Below are positions 25,590 through 36,691 of a DNA stretch of 44,146 nucleotides, in pieces; within the stretch, counting starts at the first letter, position 1; each line of letters starts with the position of its first letter. The notes below the pieces were generated by a model. The model was not told the DNA's origin. It worked only from the letters and a program-made list of their open reading frames with translations, and ran no database searches. The stretch comes from Candidatus Alloscillospira gallinarum (GTDB taxonomy: Bacteria > Bacillota > Clostridia > Oscillospirales > Oscillospiraceae): NCBI GenBank assembly GCA_904420055.1, contig CAJFTV010000087.1, positions 1 to 44,146 of the forward strand, read 5' to 3'. Position numbers and translations under genes: made by a program.

Positions 25590-26726
25590 TCACAAAACCT
25601 TAATAAGTTTTTTACTCCCGCGGACGAGAGCGTCTATAAAATAGTCCGCCTCCTCCATTGTCGTGTACCTTGACAGGCTGACCCTTATCGCCCCGTCAAT
25701 TACTTTTGCCGGAAGTCCCATGGCCTCCAGCACATGGCTGCGTTTTCCCTTTTTACAGGCGGAACTCTTGGAGACAAAAATCCCCTCCGCCTCCAAAAAG
25801 TTCATCATCACCTCACTTCTGTAACCCGGAAGTCCAAGGCTCAATATGTGGGGCGCGTCGCTCTCTCCCAGAACTTCGGCGCCGTCTATTCCTGACAGGA
25901 CACCTTTTTCAATGTGAGCTTTTATCTCCCTCATTCTTTTGGTGTTTTCCGCCATCTCCTTCTTGCCAAGTCCGGCGGCACAGCCAAACCCCGCAATTGC
26001 CGGCATGGCCTCTGTGCCGGAGCGCAGGCCGCTCTCCTGGCCTCCCCCCTCAATAAACGCGCCGAGCTTTACGCCATTTTTAATATACAGGGCTCCGCAG
26101 CCCTTAGGCCCGTGTATCTTGTGTGAACTTAAGGATATGAGGTCGGCCCCCAGCTTTTTCACGTTTATGTCCACCTTACAGAGGGCCTGAACTGCGTCGG
26201 TGTGGATAATGGGGGCATATCCGCGTTTTTTTATAAGCCCCGCAATCTCTTTCACAGGGTTCACGGCACCCGTCTCATTGTTTACAAGTATCACAGACAC
26301 CAGCGCTGTGTCCTCCCGAACTGCCGCGGCAAGCTCCTCCGGGTCCACCCTGCCGCTTTTTCCCGGCATTATGCGTGTAATCTCAAAGCCTCTCTGCTCC
26401 AAAACCGCAGCGGGGCGGCCGACTGCGTCGTGCTCAGCACCCGTTATTACGATATGGCGGCCGCGGCGGCGCATCGTCTCCGCTCCCCGGAAAATTGCCC
26501 AGTTGTCAGCTTCGGTTCCCCCGGAGGTAAAATAAATCTCCTCAGGGCTGGCCCCAATTGCCCCGGCCACCTCCTCCCGGGCATTTTTGAGAAACACCTT
26601 TGCCTCTCTCCCCATAAGATGGGTTGAGGAGGGGTTCCCGTAATTCTCCTCCATAACACGGCACATAAGCTCCGCCGCCTCGTGCCTCACGCGCGTTGTA
26701 GCGGCGTTGTCAAGATAAACTCTCAT
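25590..26726 (-). CDS. nifS: Cysteine desulfurase (NifS/IscS class)
   Basis: 378 aa with the PLP-lysine motif SSHKIHGPKG, an N-terminal YLDNAATT and an active-site Cys loop (SSACKKG). Confidence 0.9.
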   Translation of the reverse strand: MRVYLDNAATTRVRHEAAELMCRVMEENYGNPSSTHLMGREAKVFLKNAREEVAGAIGASPEEIYFTSGGTEADNWAIFRGAETMRRRGRHIVITGAEHDAVGRPAAVLEQRGFEITRIMPGKSGRVDPEELAAAVREDTALVSVILVNNETGAVNPVKEIAGLIKKRGYAPIIHTDAVQALCKVDINVKKLGADLISLSSHKIHGPKGCGALYIKNGVKLGAFIEGGGQESGLRSGTEAMPAIAGFGCAAGLGKKEMAENTKRMREIKAHIEKGVLSGIDGAEVLGESDAPHILSLGLPGYRSEVMMNFLEAEGIFVSKSSACKKGKRSHVLEAMGLPAKVIDGAIRVSLSRYTTMEEADYFIDALVRGSKKLIKVL

Positions 26727-26834
26727 ATTCTCGTCTCCGTAAATAACTAAGCTTTATAATCTGCCCCTTGTAACGCTCTGTTTATTGGGTTATTATATAC
26801 GTTACAGCGGTAAAACTCAAGAGGAGAGAGACTA

Positions 26835-28133
26835 TTGAAATTTACAATCGTAACCCTTGGCTGCAAGGTAAATCAGTTCGAATCCCAGGCTATGGAGCAG
26901 CTTCTTATTGAGAGGGGCCATGTCCCTGCAAAGCTCGGAGACGGCTGTGACGCCGTTATAATAAACTCCTGCGCCGTCACGGCAGAGAGCGGCAGAAAAT
27001 CCCGTCAGGCCGTGCGGCACTGCAAGAAGGCAGAGCCTCAGGCGATTATCGCTCTCGGCGGCTGCTACGCGCAGACAAAATCTCCGGAGCTTGACAGTCT
27101 CGGTGCCGACCTAATCGGCGGCAGCGGCGAGAGGGCCAAATTTGTCTCCGACCTTGAGACCGTGTATTTAAAAAGGACACAGCTTAAAACTACCGACGAC
27201 CCAAAGCTCCGGAAAGAATTTGAGATACTCCCCGGCGGAAGTGCAGAGGGGCGCACGCGCGCCGTTTTAAAAATTGAGGACGGCTGCCGAAACTTCTGCA
27301 CCTACTGCATCATTCCGTATCTGCGCGGTCCTGTGCGTTCCATGCCGCCTGACGAGATACGTCGGGAAAGTGAAAAGCTGTACAGAGACGGCTATGGGGA
27401 AATCGTAGTCACAGGAATTGAAATATCCTCCTATGGCCTCGACCTTCCCGGGAATGTCTCCCTGATAAATGCCATTGAGGAAATATCCGCCGCCGCGCCG
27501 GGTGTGCGGATACACTTAGGCTCTCTTGAGCCACGCACAGCCACGCGTGAGTTCTGCAGGGCGCTGAAGGATATCCCATTTATATGCCCGCACTTTCACC
27601 TGTCCCTTCAGAGCGGCTGCGACAGCGTGCTCCGGCGAATGGGCAGAAAATACGACACCGCCCTTTTTTACGAGAGCGTCATAAATTTAAGGGAGTTCTT
27701 CCCAAACTGCGGCATAACCACCGATGTCATAGCCGGATTTCCCGGCGAGACGGAGGAGGAACACAAGGACACACTGAGTTTTTTGAAAAAATGCCGTTTT
27801 TCAGCAATACACGTCTTTCCCTACTCCCCCCGTCCGGGCACAAAAGCCGCCCAGTCAGACGGACAGCTGCAAAAGGGAGAAAAACACCGCCGGTGCGCTG
27901 AGATATCATCTCTTGCCGGCACGATGTCCGATGATTTCAGGGCAGCACAGGTGGGCAAAACACTCAGCGTGCTGTTTGAGACATATGGAAATGGAATGTG
28001 GCACGGCCACACGGAAAACTACCTTGAGGCGGCTGTCCCCGGAGAAAATCTGAGGGGTAAGACACTCCCCGTACAAATCACGGGTTGTAATGGAAATATT
28101 CTTTGTGGAGAAGTAACAACCTCCGCTGTTTGA
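26835..28133 (+). CDS. mtaB: tRNA (N6-threonylcarbamoyladenosine-37) methylthiotransferase MtaB
   Basis: 432 aa. It has an N-terminal UPF0004 domain (TLGCKVNQFES), the radical-SAM CRNFCTYCIIP motif and a C-terminal TRAM-like region. The TTG start follows a GGAGAGAG RBS. Confidence 0.85.
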   Translation: MKFTIVTLGCKVNQFESQAMEQLLIERGHVPAKLGDGCDAVIINSCAVTAESGRKSRQAVRHCKKAEPQAIIALGGCYAQTKSPELDSLGADLIGGSGERAKFVSDLETVYLKRTQLKTTDDPKLRKEFEILPGGSAEGRTRAVLKIEDGCRNFCTYCIIPYLRGPVRSMPPDEIRRESEKLYRDGYGEIVVTGIEISSYGLDLPGNVSLINAIEEISAAAPGVRIHLGSLEPRTATREFCRALKDIPFICPHFHLSLQSGCDSVLRRMGRKYDTALFYESVINLREFFPNCGITTDVIAGFPGETEEEHKDTLSFLKKCRFSAIHVFPYSPRPGTKAAQSDGQLQKGEKHRRCAEISSLAGTMSDDFRAAQVGKTLSVLFETYGNGMWHGHTENYLEAAVPGENLRGKTLPVQITGCNGNILCGEVTTSAV

Positions 28134-28248
28134 CATTAGTTTGACAAAGCGATATAATTTATAGATATAAATTTCCCGCCGTTTTTACGTTTGCGGCAGG
28201 AAAACAATATCCTTTTAAGGAACAATTTTTTAAAGAAGGTGCAGAAAA

Positions 28249-29334
<1,086 letters not shown>

Positions 29335-29361
29335 TAGTTTTACTGAAAGGACAAAAGTTCC

Positions 29362-30525
29362 ATGTATAAGGTTAAGACATTAAATAAAATATCAAAAATC
29401 GGCCTCAATGTGTTTACAGATAAATACACCGTGGCCGACGACTGTGAAAATCCCGATGCTATTTTAGTAAGAAGCGCAAAAATGCACGATATGGAGTTTA
29501 ACCCTGAGCTTCTCTGTATCGCCCGCGCCGGCGCCGGCACAAACAACATTCCCTGTGACCGCTGCGCTGAGGAGGGCATTGTGGTATTCAACACCCCCGG
29601 TGCAAACGCAAATTCTGTCAAAGAGCTTGTAATCTGCGCACTGCTTCTGGCCTCCCGCGATGTGGTGGGCGGAATCAAGTGGGTAGACTCCATTGCCGGA
29701 ACAGAAGATGTCGCCGGTCAGGTTGAAAAGGGAAAAAGCGCCTTTGTGGGTCCGGAAATCACCGGAAAGACCCTTGGTGTCATCGGCCTTGGCGCCATTG
29801 GCGCAAAGGTGGCAAACGACGCCGTCCGCCTTGGTATGAAGGTCTACGGCTACGACCCCTACATCTCTGTTGAGGCCGCATGGCGGCTCTCCGCCGGGGT
29901 TATCCACGCAACGGACCTCGACACAATTTTCCGTGAGTGCGACTATATTACAATCCACGTGCCCTATATGGAAGCCACAAAGCACACCATAAACGCAGAG
30001 ACAATCGGCAAGATGAAACAGGGCGTGCGCATTATAAACCTTGCTCGGGCGGAGCTTGTTGACGACGATGCCATTATAAAGGCGATTGAGGACGGTAAAG
30101 TAGCCCGCTATGTCACAGATTTTCCAAACAACAAGACTGCCGGTGTTCCAGGCATTGTGGCAATCCCCCACCTTGGCGCCTCCACACCTGAGAGCGAGGA
30201 TAACTGCGCCGTTATGGCCGCCAATGAGATAATCGACTATCTGGAAAACGGAAATATTGTGAACTCCGTCAACATGCCGGCGGCACACCTGCCGGTCACC
30301 GGAGACCCGAGAATATGCATTTTCCATCAGAACGTACCGGATATGATTGCGAAAATTACTTCTTTAATTTCCGCACAGGGCATAAATATTGAAAACATGG
30401 TAAATGCCAGCAAAAAGGGAGCCAAATACGCATATACACTGCTTGACGTTTTGCAGTTACCCGCCGGAATTGAGGAGGCACTCAAGGCCATTGACGGCGT
30501 AATGCGCGTACGCACCATCAAATAA
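29362..30525 (+). CDS. serA: D-3-phosphoglycerate dehydrogenase (with C-terminal ACT-like domain)
   Basis: 387 aa with the 2-hydroxyacid dehydrogenase NAD motif GVIGLGAIGAKVA and the catalytic HLGAST region. It lies directly downstream of serC. Confidence 0.88.
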   Translation: MYKVKTLNKISKIGLNVFTDKYTVADDCENPDAILVRSAKMHDMEFNPELLCIARAGAGTNNIPCDRCAEEGIVVFNTPGANANSVKELVICALLLASRDVVGGIKWVDSIAGTEDVAGQVEKGKSAFVGPEITGKTLGVIGLGAIGAKVANDAVRLGMKVYGYDPYISVEAAWRLSAGVIHATDLDTIFRECDYITIHVPYMEATKHTINAETIGKMKQGVRIINLARAELVDDDAIIKAIEDGKVARYVTDFPNNKTAGVPGIVAIPHLGASTPESEDNCAVMAANEIIDYLENGNIVNSVNMPAAHLPVTGDPRICIFHQNVPDMIAKITSLISAQGINIENMVNASKKGAKYAYTLLDVLQLPAGIEEALKAIDGVMRVRTIK

Positions 30526-30544
30526 AATAATTGTAAACTGCAGG

Positions 30545-30581
30545 AAACCGTTTCCGTATGACGAGTGCGGAAACGGTTTTC
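30545..30581 (+). terminator. Terminator after serA
   Basis: AAACCGTTTCCG (30545-30556) pairs with CGGAAACGGTTT (30568-30579) and runs into TTTTC. It lies inside the tracked N-terminal extension of the next ORF, which supports the later start. Confidence 0.7.
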
Positions 30582-30609
30582 TAAAATCTATACTCTGGGG
30601 GAATTTTCA

Positions 30610-31494
30610 ATGAAAAAACTTATGCTGCTTGTAAACCCCGTTGCCGGTAAGGGCAGTGCAAAATCTGTGCTGATGAGCATAGTCTCCTGCTTTAACGACG
30701 CGGGGTATGAGACAACAGTTTACGTCTCGTCACCTGAGCGCAGCATACAGTACCTGGCAGATGAATTTGGCTGGCATTATGACATGGTCGTGTGTATCGG
30801 CGGCGACGGCACGCTAAGCGAAACGGTAAACGGCCTGTTGAAAGATGGAAATCCTCCGCCAGTTCTGGGTTACATACCTGCCGGGTCAACAAACGACTTT
30901 GCCTCTACACTGGGACTTCCGAAAAATCTCCTTGAAACAGCGGCGCTGATTGCCAAAAATGAACCCGTACCTGTAGATTTAGGCTATTATAACGGAAACT
31001 ACTTCACATATGTGGCGGCGTTTGGAGCATTTGCAAACGTGTCGTATGCCACGCCGCAAAAGACAAAAAACACCTTTGGCCACCTGGCGTACATATTCGA
31101 GGGGCTGGCAAACCTTCCCTCTATTAAGCCGGTACACATAACTATCGAGTATGACGGCAGCACCCTCTCCGGGGACTTCATATTCGGGTGTGTGGCAAAC
31201 TCCACTTCCGTTGGTGGATTTGTTAAAATCGATCCAAACCTCGTGCTGTTAAACGACGGACTTTTTGAAGTCATACTCGTACGCAACCCGATGAATATAA
31301 TTGACTTTACAAATGTCATATCCAGCATTATATCCCAGTCCTATGACAACGGAAATGTTGTCCTTTTACACGCCAAAAAGATAAAATTTACTTTCGACAC
31401 TGCGGTTGACTGGTCCCGGGACGGCGAATACGGCGGGACTTACAGCACCATTACCATAGAAAACAAGCATGAGGCAATACAAATTGTCCGATAA
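30610..31494 (+). CDS. Diacylglycerol/lipid kinase family protein (YegS/DagK-like)
   Basis: It has the N-terminal LLVNPVAGKG motif, the GGDGTLSE catalytic motif, and a length of about 295 aa. ATG 30610 follows a GGGGGA RBS. Confidence 0.85.
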   Translation: MKKLMLLVNPVAGKGSAKSVLMSIVSCFNDAGYETTVYVSSPERSIQYLADEFGWHYDMVVCIGGDGTLSETVNGLLKDGNPPPVLGYIPAGSTNDFASTLGLPKNLLETAALIAKNEPVPVDLGYYNGNYFTYVAAFGAFANVSYATPQKTKNTFGHLAYIFEGLANLPSIKPVHITIEYDGSTLSGDFIFGCVANSTSVGGFVKIDPNLVLLNDGLFEVILVRNPMNIIDFTNVISSIISQSYDNGNVVLLHAKKIKFTFDTAVDWSRDGEYGGTYSTITIENKHEAIQIVR

Positions 31495-31519
31495 ACCGCA
31501 CCGGAAAGGCACTTAAATT

Positions 31520-32293
31520 ATGAACGTAAACATTCTCGCCGTGGGAGATGTCGCGGGGCCGGACGCCCTTGATTTTCTCTGTAAACGGCTTAATTCACTG
31601 AAAAAGCTGTACGGAATTGATTTTACCGTTGTAAACGGGGAAAATGCCTCCGGCATCGGCATTACCCCCTCCCAGGCGGACATGCTTTTAGACGCCGGTA
31701 CGGATATAATTACCCTTGGCAACCACACCTGGGGCAAAAGCGGCATTGAGGACTATTTAGACGACTGCCGGTATATCATACGTCCTGCAAACTTCGCGCC
31801 GCAGGTGCCGGGCCGCGGATTTGTCTGCGTTGACGCTTCCTTTGGCAGAGTCTGCGTCATAAACCTCATCGGCCGCTGTTCCATGAGCTTCGGACCGGAC
31901 AACCCCTTTTTTGCAGCGGACAAAATTCTGAAGGAGACCGGCTGCACCATAAACCTTGTGGATTTCCACGCGGAGGCCACCAGCGAAAAACTGGCCATGG
32001 CAAACTATCTGGACGGCCGCGTCTCAGCACTCTGGGGCACCCACACCCACGTTCAGACCTCTGACGCGTCGGTGATGCCAAAGGGCACCGGATATATAAC
32101 CGACCTCGGTATGTCGGGACCGATAAACTCTGTAATCGGTATCGCACCGGAGCTTTCTGTGTCCATGTTTCTGGGCAATCCCCCAAAGCGTTACCGCCCC
32201 GCCGCAGGCCCAAGCAAAATTGAGGGTGCAGTGTTCACAATTGACGCCAAGACCGGCCTGTGTACAGGTGCAGAGGCCATAAGAATTATATAA
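31520..32293 (+). CDS. ymdB: YmdB-family metallophosphoesterase (TIGR00282-like)
   Basis: 257 aa with NILAVGDVAG, GENASGG-like GENASGIGIT, NHTWGK and THTHVQT metal-binding motifs. Confidence 0.88.
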   Translation: MNVNILAVGDVAGPDALDFLCKRLNSLKKLYGIDFTVVNGENASGIGITPSQADMLLDAGTDIITLGNHTWGKSGIEDYLDDCRYIIRPANFAPQVPGRGFVCVDASFGRVCVINLIGRCSMSFGPDNPFFAADKILKETGCTINLVDFHAEATSEKLAMANYLDGRVSALWGTHTHVQTSDASVMPKGTGYITDLGMSGPINSVIGIAPELSVSMFLGNPPKRYRPAAGPSKIEGAVFTIDAKTGLCTGAEAIRII

Positions 32294-32307
32294 TTTGGAG
32301 ATTTGAG

Positions 32308-33009
32308 ATGAAAACCGTCCTGATAACAGGCGCCTCCCGGGGAATCGGCGCCGCCTGCGCAGAAAAATTCTCCCTGGAAGGCTTCGATGTAATAATAAAC
32401 TACAACCGCTCGGAAAAAGCGGCCCTTGAGCTTGCGGATAAACTCCACTGCCGCGCCCTCCGCGCCGACGTCTCAGACGCCCGGCAGGTAGAGAATATGT
32501 TTAATGCCATAGAGAAAGTCGATATTTTAGTCTGCAACGCCGGCATTTCCGACGGCGGAAAAATGTTCTGCGACACCACTTTTCAGGACTGGGCGCGCAT
32601 ATTCTCCGTAAACCTTGGCGGAACAGTAAACTGCATTAAGTACGCCCTTCCCCATATGGTACATGAAAAATGGGGAAGAATTGTCACTATCTCCTCAATG
32701 TGGGGTATCAGCGGCGCGTCGTGTGAATCTGTTTACTCCTCCTCAAAGGCGGCGGTTATTGGGCTCACAAAGTCTTTAGCTCAGGAACTCGGCCCCTCCG
32801 GCATAACCGTAAACTGTATCGCCCCCGGCGTAATAGACACGGACATGAACGCCTGTTATGACGAGGCCACAATGAAAGAGCTGGCCATGGCCGCTCCCCT
32901 TTGCCGCACCGGTTCTCCCCGGGACGTGGGCGAGGCCGTTTTCTTTTTGGCAAATCAGGAATTTATCACCGGGCAGGTTTTGGGAGTTGACGGAGGTTTT
33001 CTGCTGTGA
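32308..33009 (+). CDS. SDR-family oxidoreductase (FabG-like)
   Basis: It carries TGASRGIG, NAG, and S...YSSSK (YxxxK). ATG 32308 follows a GGAG RBS. Confidence 0.8.
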   Translation: MKTVLITGASRGIGAACAEKFSLEGFDVIINYNRSEKAALELADKLHCRALRADVSDARQVENMFNAIEKVDILVCNAGISDGGKMFCDTTFQDWARIFSVNLGGTVNCIKYALPHMVHEKWGRIVTISSMWGISGASCESVYSSSKAAVIGLTKSLAQELGPSGITVNCIAPGVIDTDMNACYDEATMKELAMAAPLCRTGSPRDVGEAVFFLANQEFITGQVLGVDGGFLL

Positions 33010-33506
33010 ATGATTTGATATTTTCACCGGCGTCCCCGGAGCTTTTGGACGACATCTGCGCCCTGTATCAGGACGTTACAGCCCATTTAAACAGTATGGG
33101 CATAATTCAGTGGGACGACGAATATCCAAACAGGGAAATCCTGTCAGAGGATATAGCTTCCGGTTCCATGTATGTAAGCATTATGGACGGAAGGCTCATA
33201 GCCGCATATGTACTGAACGATGACTCTGATATCGAGTACGAAACAGGCAACTGGGACACGGGCAGCAAAAGCCTTATACTCCACAGGCTGTGCACACACC
33301 CTGATTTTCAGGGGCAGGGATTTGGCCGCAAATCTGTACTCGACGCAGAAAAACGCGCAAGAGAGCTTGGCTGTGATTATCTTCGGCTTGACGCATTTGA
33401 GAAAAATCCCATATCTCTTGGGCTTTACAAGTCCATGGGATACAGAAATGCGGGCAGCGTCACATTTAGAATGGGTACATTCTATCTCTTTGAAAAAAAG
33501 CTGTAG
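33006..33506 (+). CDS. GNAT-family N-acetyltransferase
   Basis: 166 aa with the acetyl-CoA-binding motif HPDFQGQGFGRK (Q/RxxGxG/A). The GTG start overlaps the upstream stop (GTGA). Confidence 0.8.
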   Translation: MNDLIFSPASPELLDDICALYQDVTAHLNSMGIIQWDDEYPNREILSEDIASGSMYVSIMDGRLIAAYVLNDDSDIEYETGNWDTGSKSLILHRLCTHPDFQGQGFGRKSVLDAEKRARELGCDYLRLDAFEKNPISLGLYKSMGYRNAGSVTFRMGTFYLFEKKL

Positions 33507-33555
33507 GAGTATGTAAAATTTTGCCGTCTTAACCCGGCAGTCAGGAGGCACACAT

Positions 33556-34266
33556 ATGTCAGAAACAGTATTTCAAAGCATGAGAGAAAACGTGGATAAA
33601 ATACGGGAAACCATGTACAGGGCCGCTGAACAGGCCGGCCGAAATCCGGAGGATATACTCCTCTGCGCGGCCTGCAAAACTCGCACTATTGAGGAAGTAA
33701 AATTCAGCGCCGGACTTGACATTGACCTCTTTGGGGAAAATCACGCCCAGGAGCTCACAGAAAAATATGATGCCGGGGCATATCTCAAAAAGCCCTCACA
33801 TTTTATAGGTCATCTCCAGACAAACAAGGTGAAAAAAGTTGTGGGCAGAGCCTCCCTTATCCAGAGTGTGGACAGTCCCCGGCTTTTGGCGGCTGTCTCG
33901 TCAGAAGCTGAAAAGCGGGGGATTACCCAGGACATACTTTTAGAGGTAAACATCGGCGGCGAGGACAGCAAAAGCGGCACAACCTCCGAAGAGCTCTGGA
34001 GCCTTGCCGACAATGCAGCCGGCACTTCAAATGTGCGCGTCCGCGGGCTAATGGCCATTCCACCCATGAGTGACAGCGAGACTGTTATGCGCGGGTATTT
34101 TGCGGATATGCGGCACCTCTTTGAAAAGCTGCGTGAGAGGTATCCCGATTTTCCGGCTGACACCCTGTCCATGGGTATGAGCCATGATTACCCCTGGGCA
34201 ATTGCCGAGGGCAGCACCATGGTGCGTATCGGCAGCGCCATTTACGGTCCGCGGGTATACAGGTAA
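33556..34266 (+). CDS. yggS: YggS/YlmE-family PLP homeostasis protein
   Basis: 236 aa with the PLP-Lys context LCAACKT, GENHAQEL, HFIGHLQTNKVK and the C-terminal LSMGMSHDY motifs. Confidence 0.9.
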   Translation: MSETVFQSMRENVDKIRETMYRAAEQAGRNPEDILLCAACKTRTIEEVKFSAGLDIDLFGENHAQELTEKYDAGAYLKKPSHFIGHLQTNKVKKVVGRASLIQSVDSPRLLAAVSSEAEKRGITQDILLEVNIGGEDSKSGTTSEELWSLADNAAGTSNVRVRGLMAIPPMSDSETVMRGYFADMRHLFEKLRERYPDFPADTLSMGMSHDYPWAIAEGSTMVRIGSAIYGPRVYR

Positions 34267-34293
34267 TTTTATTTATGTGACATTATAAAATCA

Positions 34294-34330
34294 AACTCCC
34301 CGAAACGTATAGCCGTTTCGGGGAGTTCTC
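34294..34330 (+). terminator. Terminator after yggS (weak U tract)
   Basis: AACTCCCCGAAACG (34294-34307) pairs with CGTTTCGGGGAGTT (34314-34327). Confidence 0.6.
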
Positions 34331-34450
34331 TATTACATAATATTTAGTGTCTTTTTCTAAGTCCATTCTATATGTGGACCAATAACAATTACATGCGATA
34401 TCACGCAAAGCATTAAGAGCATAAAATACCCTCAGCCCTTGAAAATACAG

Positions 34451-34481
34451 GAAAAAGCCCTGTAACCACTGAGGTTACAGG
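34451..34481 (-). terminator. Terminator after tRNA-Gly
   Basis: CCTGTAACC (34459-34467) pairs with GGTTACAGG (34473-34481). On the minus strand it is followed by CUUUUUC. Confidence 0.75.
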
Positions 34482-34491
34482 ACTATTATAA

Positions 34492-34565
34492 TGGAGCGGG
34501 TAATGGGAGTTGAACCCACCTGTCAAGCTTGGGAAGCTTGCATTCTACCGATGAACTATACCCGC
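34492..34565 (-). tRNA. tRNA-Gly (anticodon CCC), CCA encoded
   Basis: I folded the 74-nt reverse complement GCGGGTATAGTTCATCGGTAGAATGCAAGCTTCCCAAGCTTGACAGGTGGGTTCAACTCCCATTACCCGCTCCA by hand. It gives a 7-bp acceptor GCGGGTA/TACCCGC, an anticodon stem CAAGC/GCTTG, the loop TT-CCC-AA, the T-arm GTGGG-TTCAACT-CCCAT, and a 4-nt variable loop. Confidence 0.9.
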
Positions 34566-34578
34566 CGATGTGCTATTT

Positions 34579-34607
34579 ATCATACCACACCGATGACATA
34601 AAATCAA
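34579..34607 (-). promoter_or_regulatory. Sigma-A promoter of the tRNA-Gly gene
   Basis: Minus strand: -35 TTGATT (34607-34602), a 17-nt spacer, and extended -10 TGgTATGAT (-10 at 34584-34579). It lies about 13 nt upstream of tRNA position 1. Confidence 0.6.
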
Positions 34608-34633
34608 GTACAAAATAGACGCACTTAAACATA

Positions 34634-36436
34634 TCATTCATTTTCGCTGTCGGTCTTTGTCCCGTTATCTTCACTCTCCGGGAACGCGTAGCGCTCGCGG
34701 TATCTCTCATACCGCCGCTCAAAGTCTCCGCTGGCCTCAGAAGTGCCCGACTTGAGCTCTCCCAAAAATTTGTGTGTGTTGTACGTGTCCTCAGACACCT
34801 GAATCATCTCAACGGCAATATTGGAGCAGTGGTCAGCAATCCTCTCAAAATTCGTGAGGAGGTCATTCAGCACAAAGCCGTATTCAATTGTACAGCTTCC
34901 CGCCCTAAGGCGTTCCACATGGCGTGTCTTCACCTCACGCACGAGCCCGTCGATTACCTGCTCCTGAGGCTCTATCTTTCCGGCAAGGGCAAGGTCACGG
35001 TTTACAAACGCCTTTTCTGTGCGGTCTACTATATCTGACACTGCCTTTCTCAAGACCCGCAGTTCCTCCTGCGCCTGGCTTGAGAAGTTTATTTTTTTAT
35101 CCTCTATCTCCTGTGCCGTTTTGAGAAGGTTCAGTGCATGGTCTCCAATACGCTCAAAGTCACCAATCACGTGCAGAAGGGTATTGACTGTACAGTTGTC
35201 GTCATGATTAAGCTGATACGCCGACAGCTTTACAAGATATGTCCCCAGCATATCCTCATACTGATCCACGTGTGCCTCACATTCCTCAGCCATCTTTGCT
35301 TTTGAAGCGTCCCACTTCTCTGTGACATCAAGAGCGTTTACAAGCATTGTTCTTGACATCTCAAACATGTCGCATGCCACAGCCCTTGCCCGCTCTGCGG
35401 CAACACCAGGTGTGGCAAAAAGGCGCTCATCCAGTACGGCAGTCTGTTCCCCTGCCACTTTCTTGTCTCTCACAGTCATTGTTGCCAATTTTTCAAGGCC
35501 GCGTGTGAACGGCATTAATATGGCAGTAGTTATCACGTTAAATGTAGTGTGAACGATAGCTATACCCAATTCCGAAGTCGGCTGACCCAAAAATGGCCAC
35601 GGCACAATGGCGTTTATCCCGTAGAACAGGCACAGGAACACTATGACGCCTATAATGTTAAAATATAAATGTACCATTGCAACCCTTTTCGCATCTTTAT
35701 TCGCGCCCACAGAAGAAATAAGTGCCGTGACACATGTACCTATATTCTGCCCCATAATTATTGGTATTGCAGAAGAAAATGTCACTATTCCCGTGGCAGA
35801 AAGTGCCTGAAGGATACCAACACTTGCCGAAGAGGACTGAATAATTCCGGTGAGAACTGCTCCTACTAAAACTCCCAGTACGGGATTTGAGAACTTCAAA
35901 AACAGAGATGTAAACCACGCCTCGTCCTTTAAGGGCTCCATTGCCCCGGACATTGTCTCCATTCCGAACATAAGCACCGTAAATCCCAGCATTATAGTGC
36001 CTACTCCCTTTTTCTTATCGCTCTTAGAGAACATACACAGTGCAATACCTATGACCGCAAGTATCGGACTGAAAGACGACGGCTTTAAAAGCTGTATAAA
36101 AAAGCTCTCGCCGTCTATTCCGGAAAGGCTCAAAATCCACGCAGTTACGGTTGTGCCTACATTGCTTCCCATGATAACCGGGATAGCCTGCCTCAGCTGC
36201 ATAATGCCGCTGTTGACAAACCCCACAAGCATGACAGTTGTTGCCGATGATGACTGAATTACGGCGGTTACACCAAGGCCCAGCAAAAATCCGGTGAGTT
36301 TTGACGATGTCATTCTATTCAGCAAGGACTGAAGCTTTCCCCCTGCCTGACGCTCAAGCGCCTTGCCCATTATATCCATTCCAAATAGAAACAGGGCCAG
36401 TCCTCCCAGCAGCGTTAAGAGATTAAAAATGGTCAT
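34634..36436 (-). CDS. Na+/phosphate cotransporter family protein with C-terminal PhoU-like domains
   Basis: 600 aa. The N-terminal half is polytopic with duplicated QSSSAT/QSSSAS motifs of the Na/Pi-II (NptA/YjbB) family. The C-terminal soluble half has two PhoU-like repeats (ERIGDHA, ERIADHC). Confidence 0.88.
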   Translation of the reverse strand: MTIFNLLTLLGGLALFLFGMDIMGKALERQAGGKLQSLLNRMTSSKLTGFLLGLGVTAVIQSSSATTVMLVGFVNSGIMQLRQAIPVIMGSNVGTTVTAWILSLSGIDGESFFIQLLKPSSFSPILAVIGIALCMFSKSDKKKGVGTIMLGFTVLMFGMETMSGAMEPLKDEAWFTSLFLKFSNPVLGVLVGAVLTGIIQSSSASVGILQALSATGIVTFSSAIPIIMGQNIGTCVTALISSVGANKDAKRVAMVHLYFNIIGVIVFLCLFYGINAIVPWPFLGQPTSELGIAIVHTTFNVITTAILMPFTRGLEKLATMTVRDKKVAGEQTAVLDERLFATPGVAAERARAVACDMFEMSRTMLVNALDVTEKWDASKAKMAEECEAHVDQYEDMLGTYLVKLSAYQLNHDDNCTVNTLLHVIGDFERIGDHALNLLKTAQEIEDKKINFSSQAQEELRVLRKAVSDIVDRTEKAFVNRDLALAGKIEPQEQVIDGLVREVKTRHVERLRAGSCTIEYGFVLNDLLTNFERIADHCSNIAVEMIQVSEDTYNTHKFLGELKSGTSEASGDFERRYERYRERYAFPESEDNGTKTDSENE

Positions 36437-36691
36437 TTACAAACCCCTTCCACATTCCTTTACATTTTTTATACATACATTTTACAATTAATTTTCCGCT
36501 AAGTAAATATCAAATATGGGGTTTATTTACAGGCTTTTTCAAATCTTGTCAATTTTCACATAAAACAAGCTATCATATTGCCCAATATAGGCGCATATTT
36601 CTGTACAAAACAATTTTGGCAGCCAATCGCGGTCAAACTGTCTTTGTCCGCTACAAAGCCCGCCGCCCTGGGCGGCAGAATGGAGAGTAAC

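Noticed and set aside
28134-28248. Possible riboswitch or T-box upstream of serC.
   Set aside because: The leader is only about 100 nt. It has just a weak 4-bp hairpin, with no specifier or terminator-antiterminator architecture. A simple promoter region explains it.
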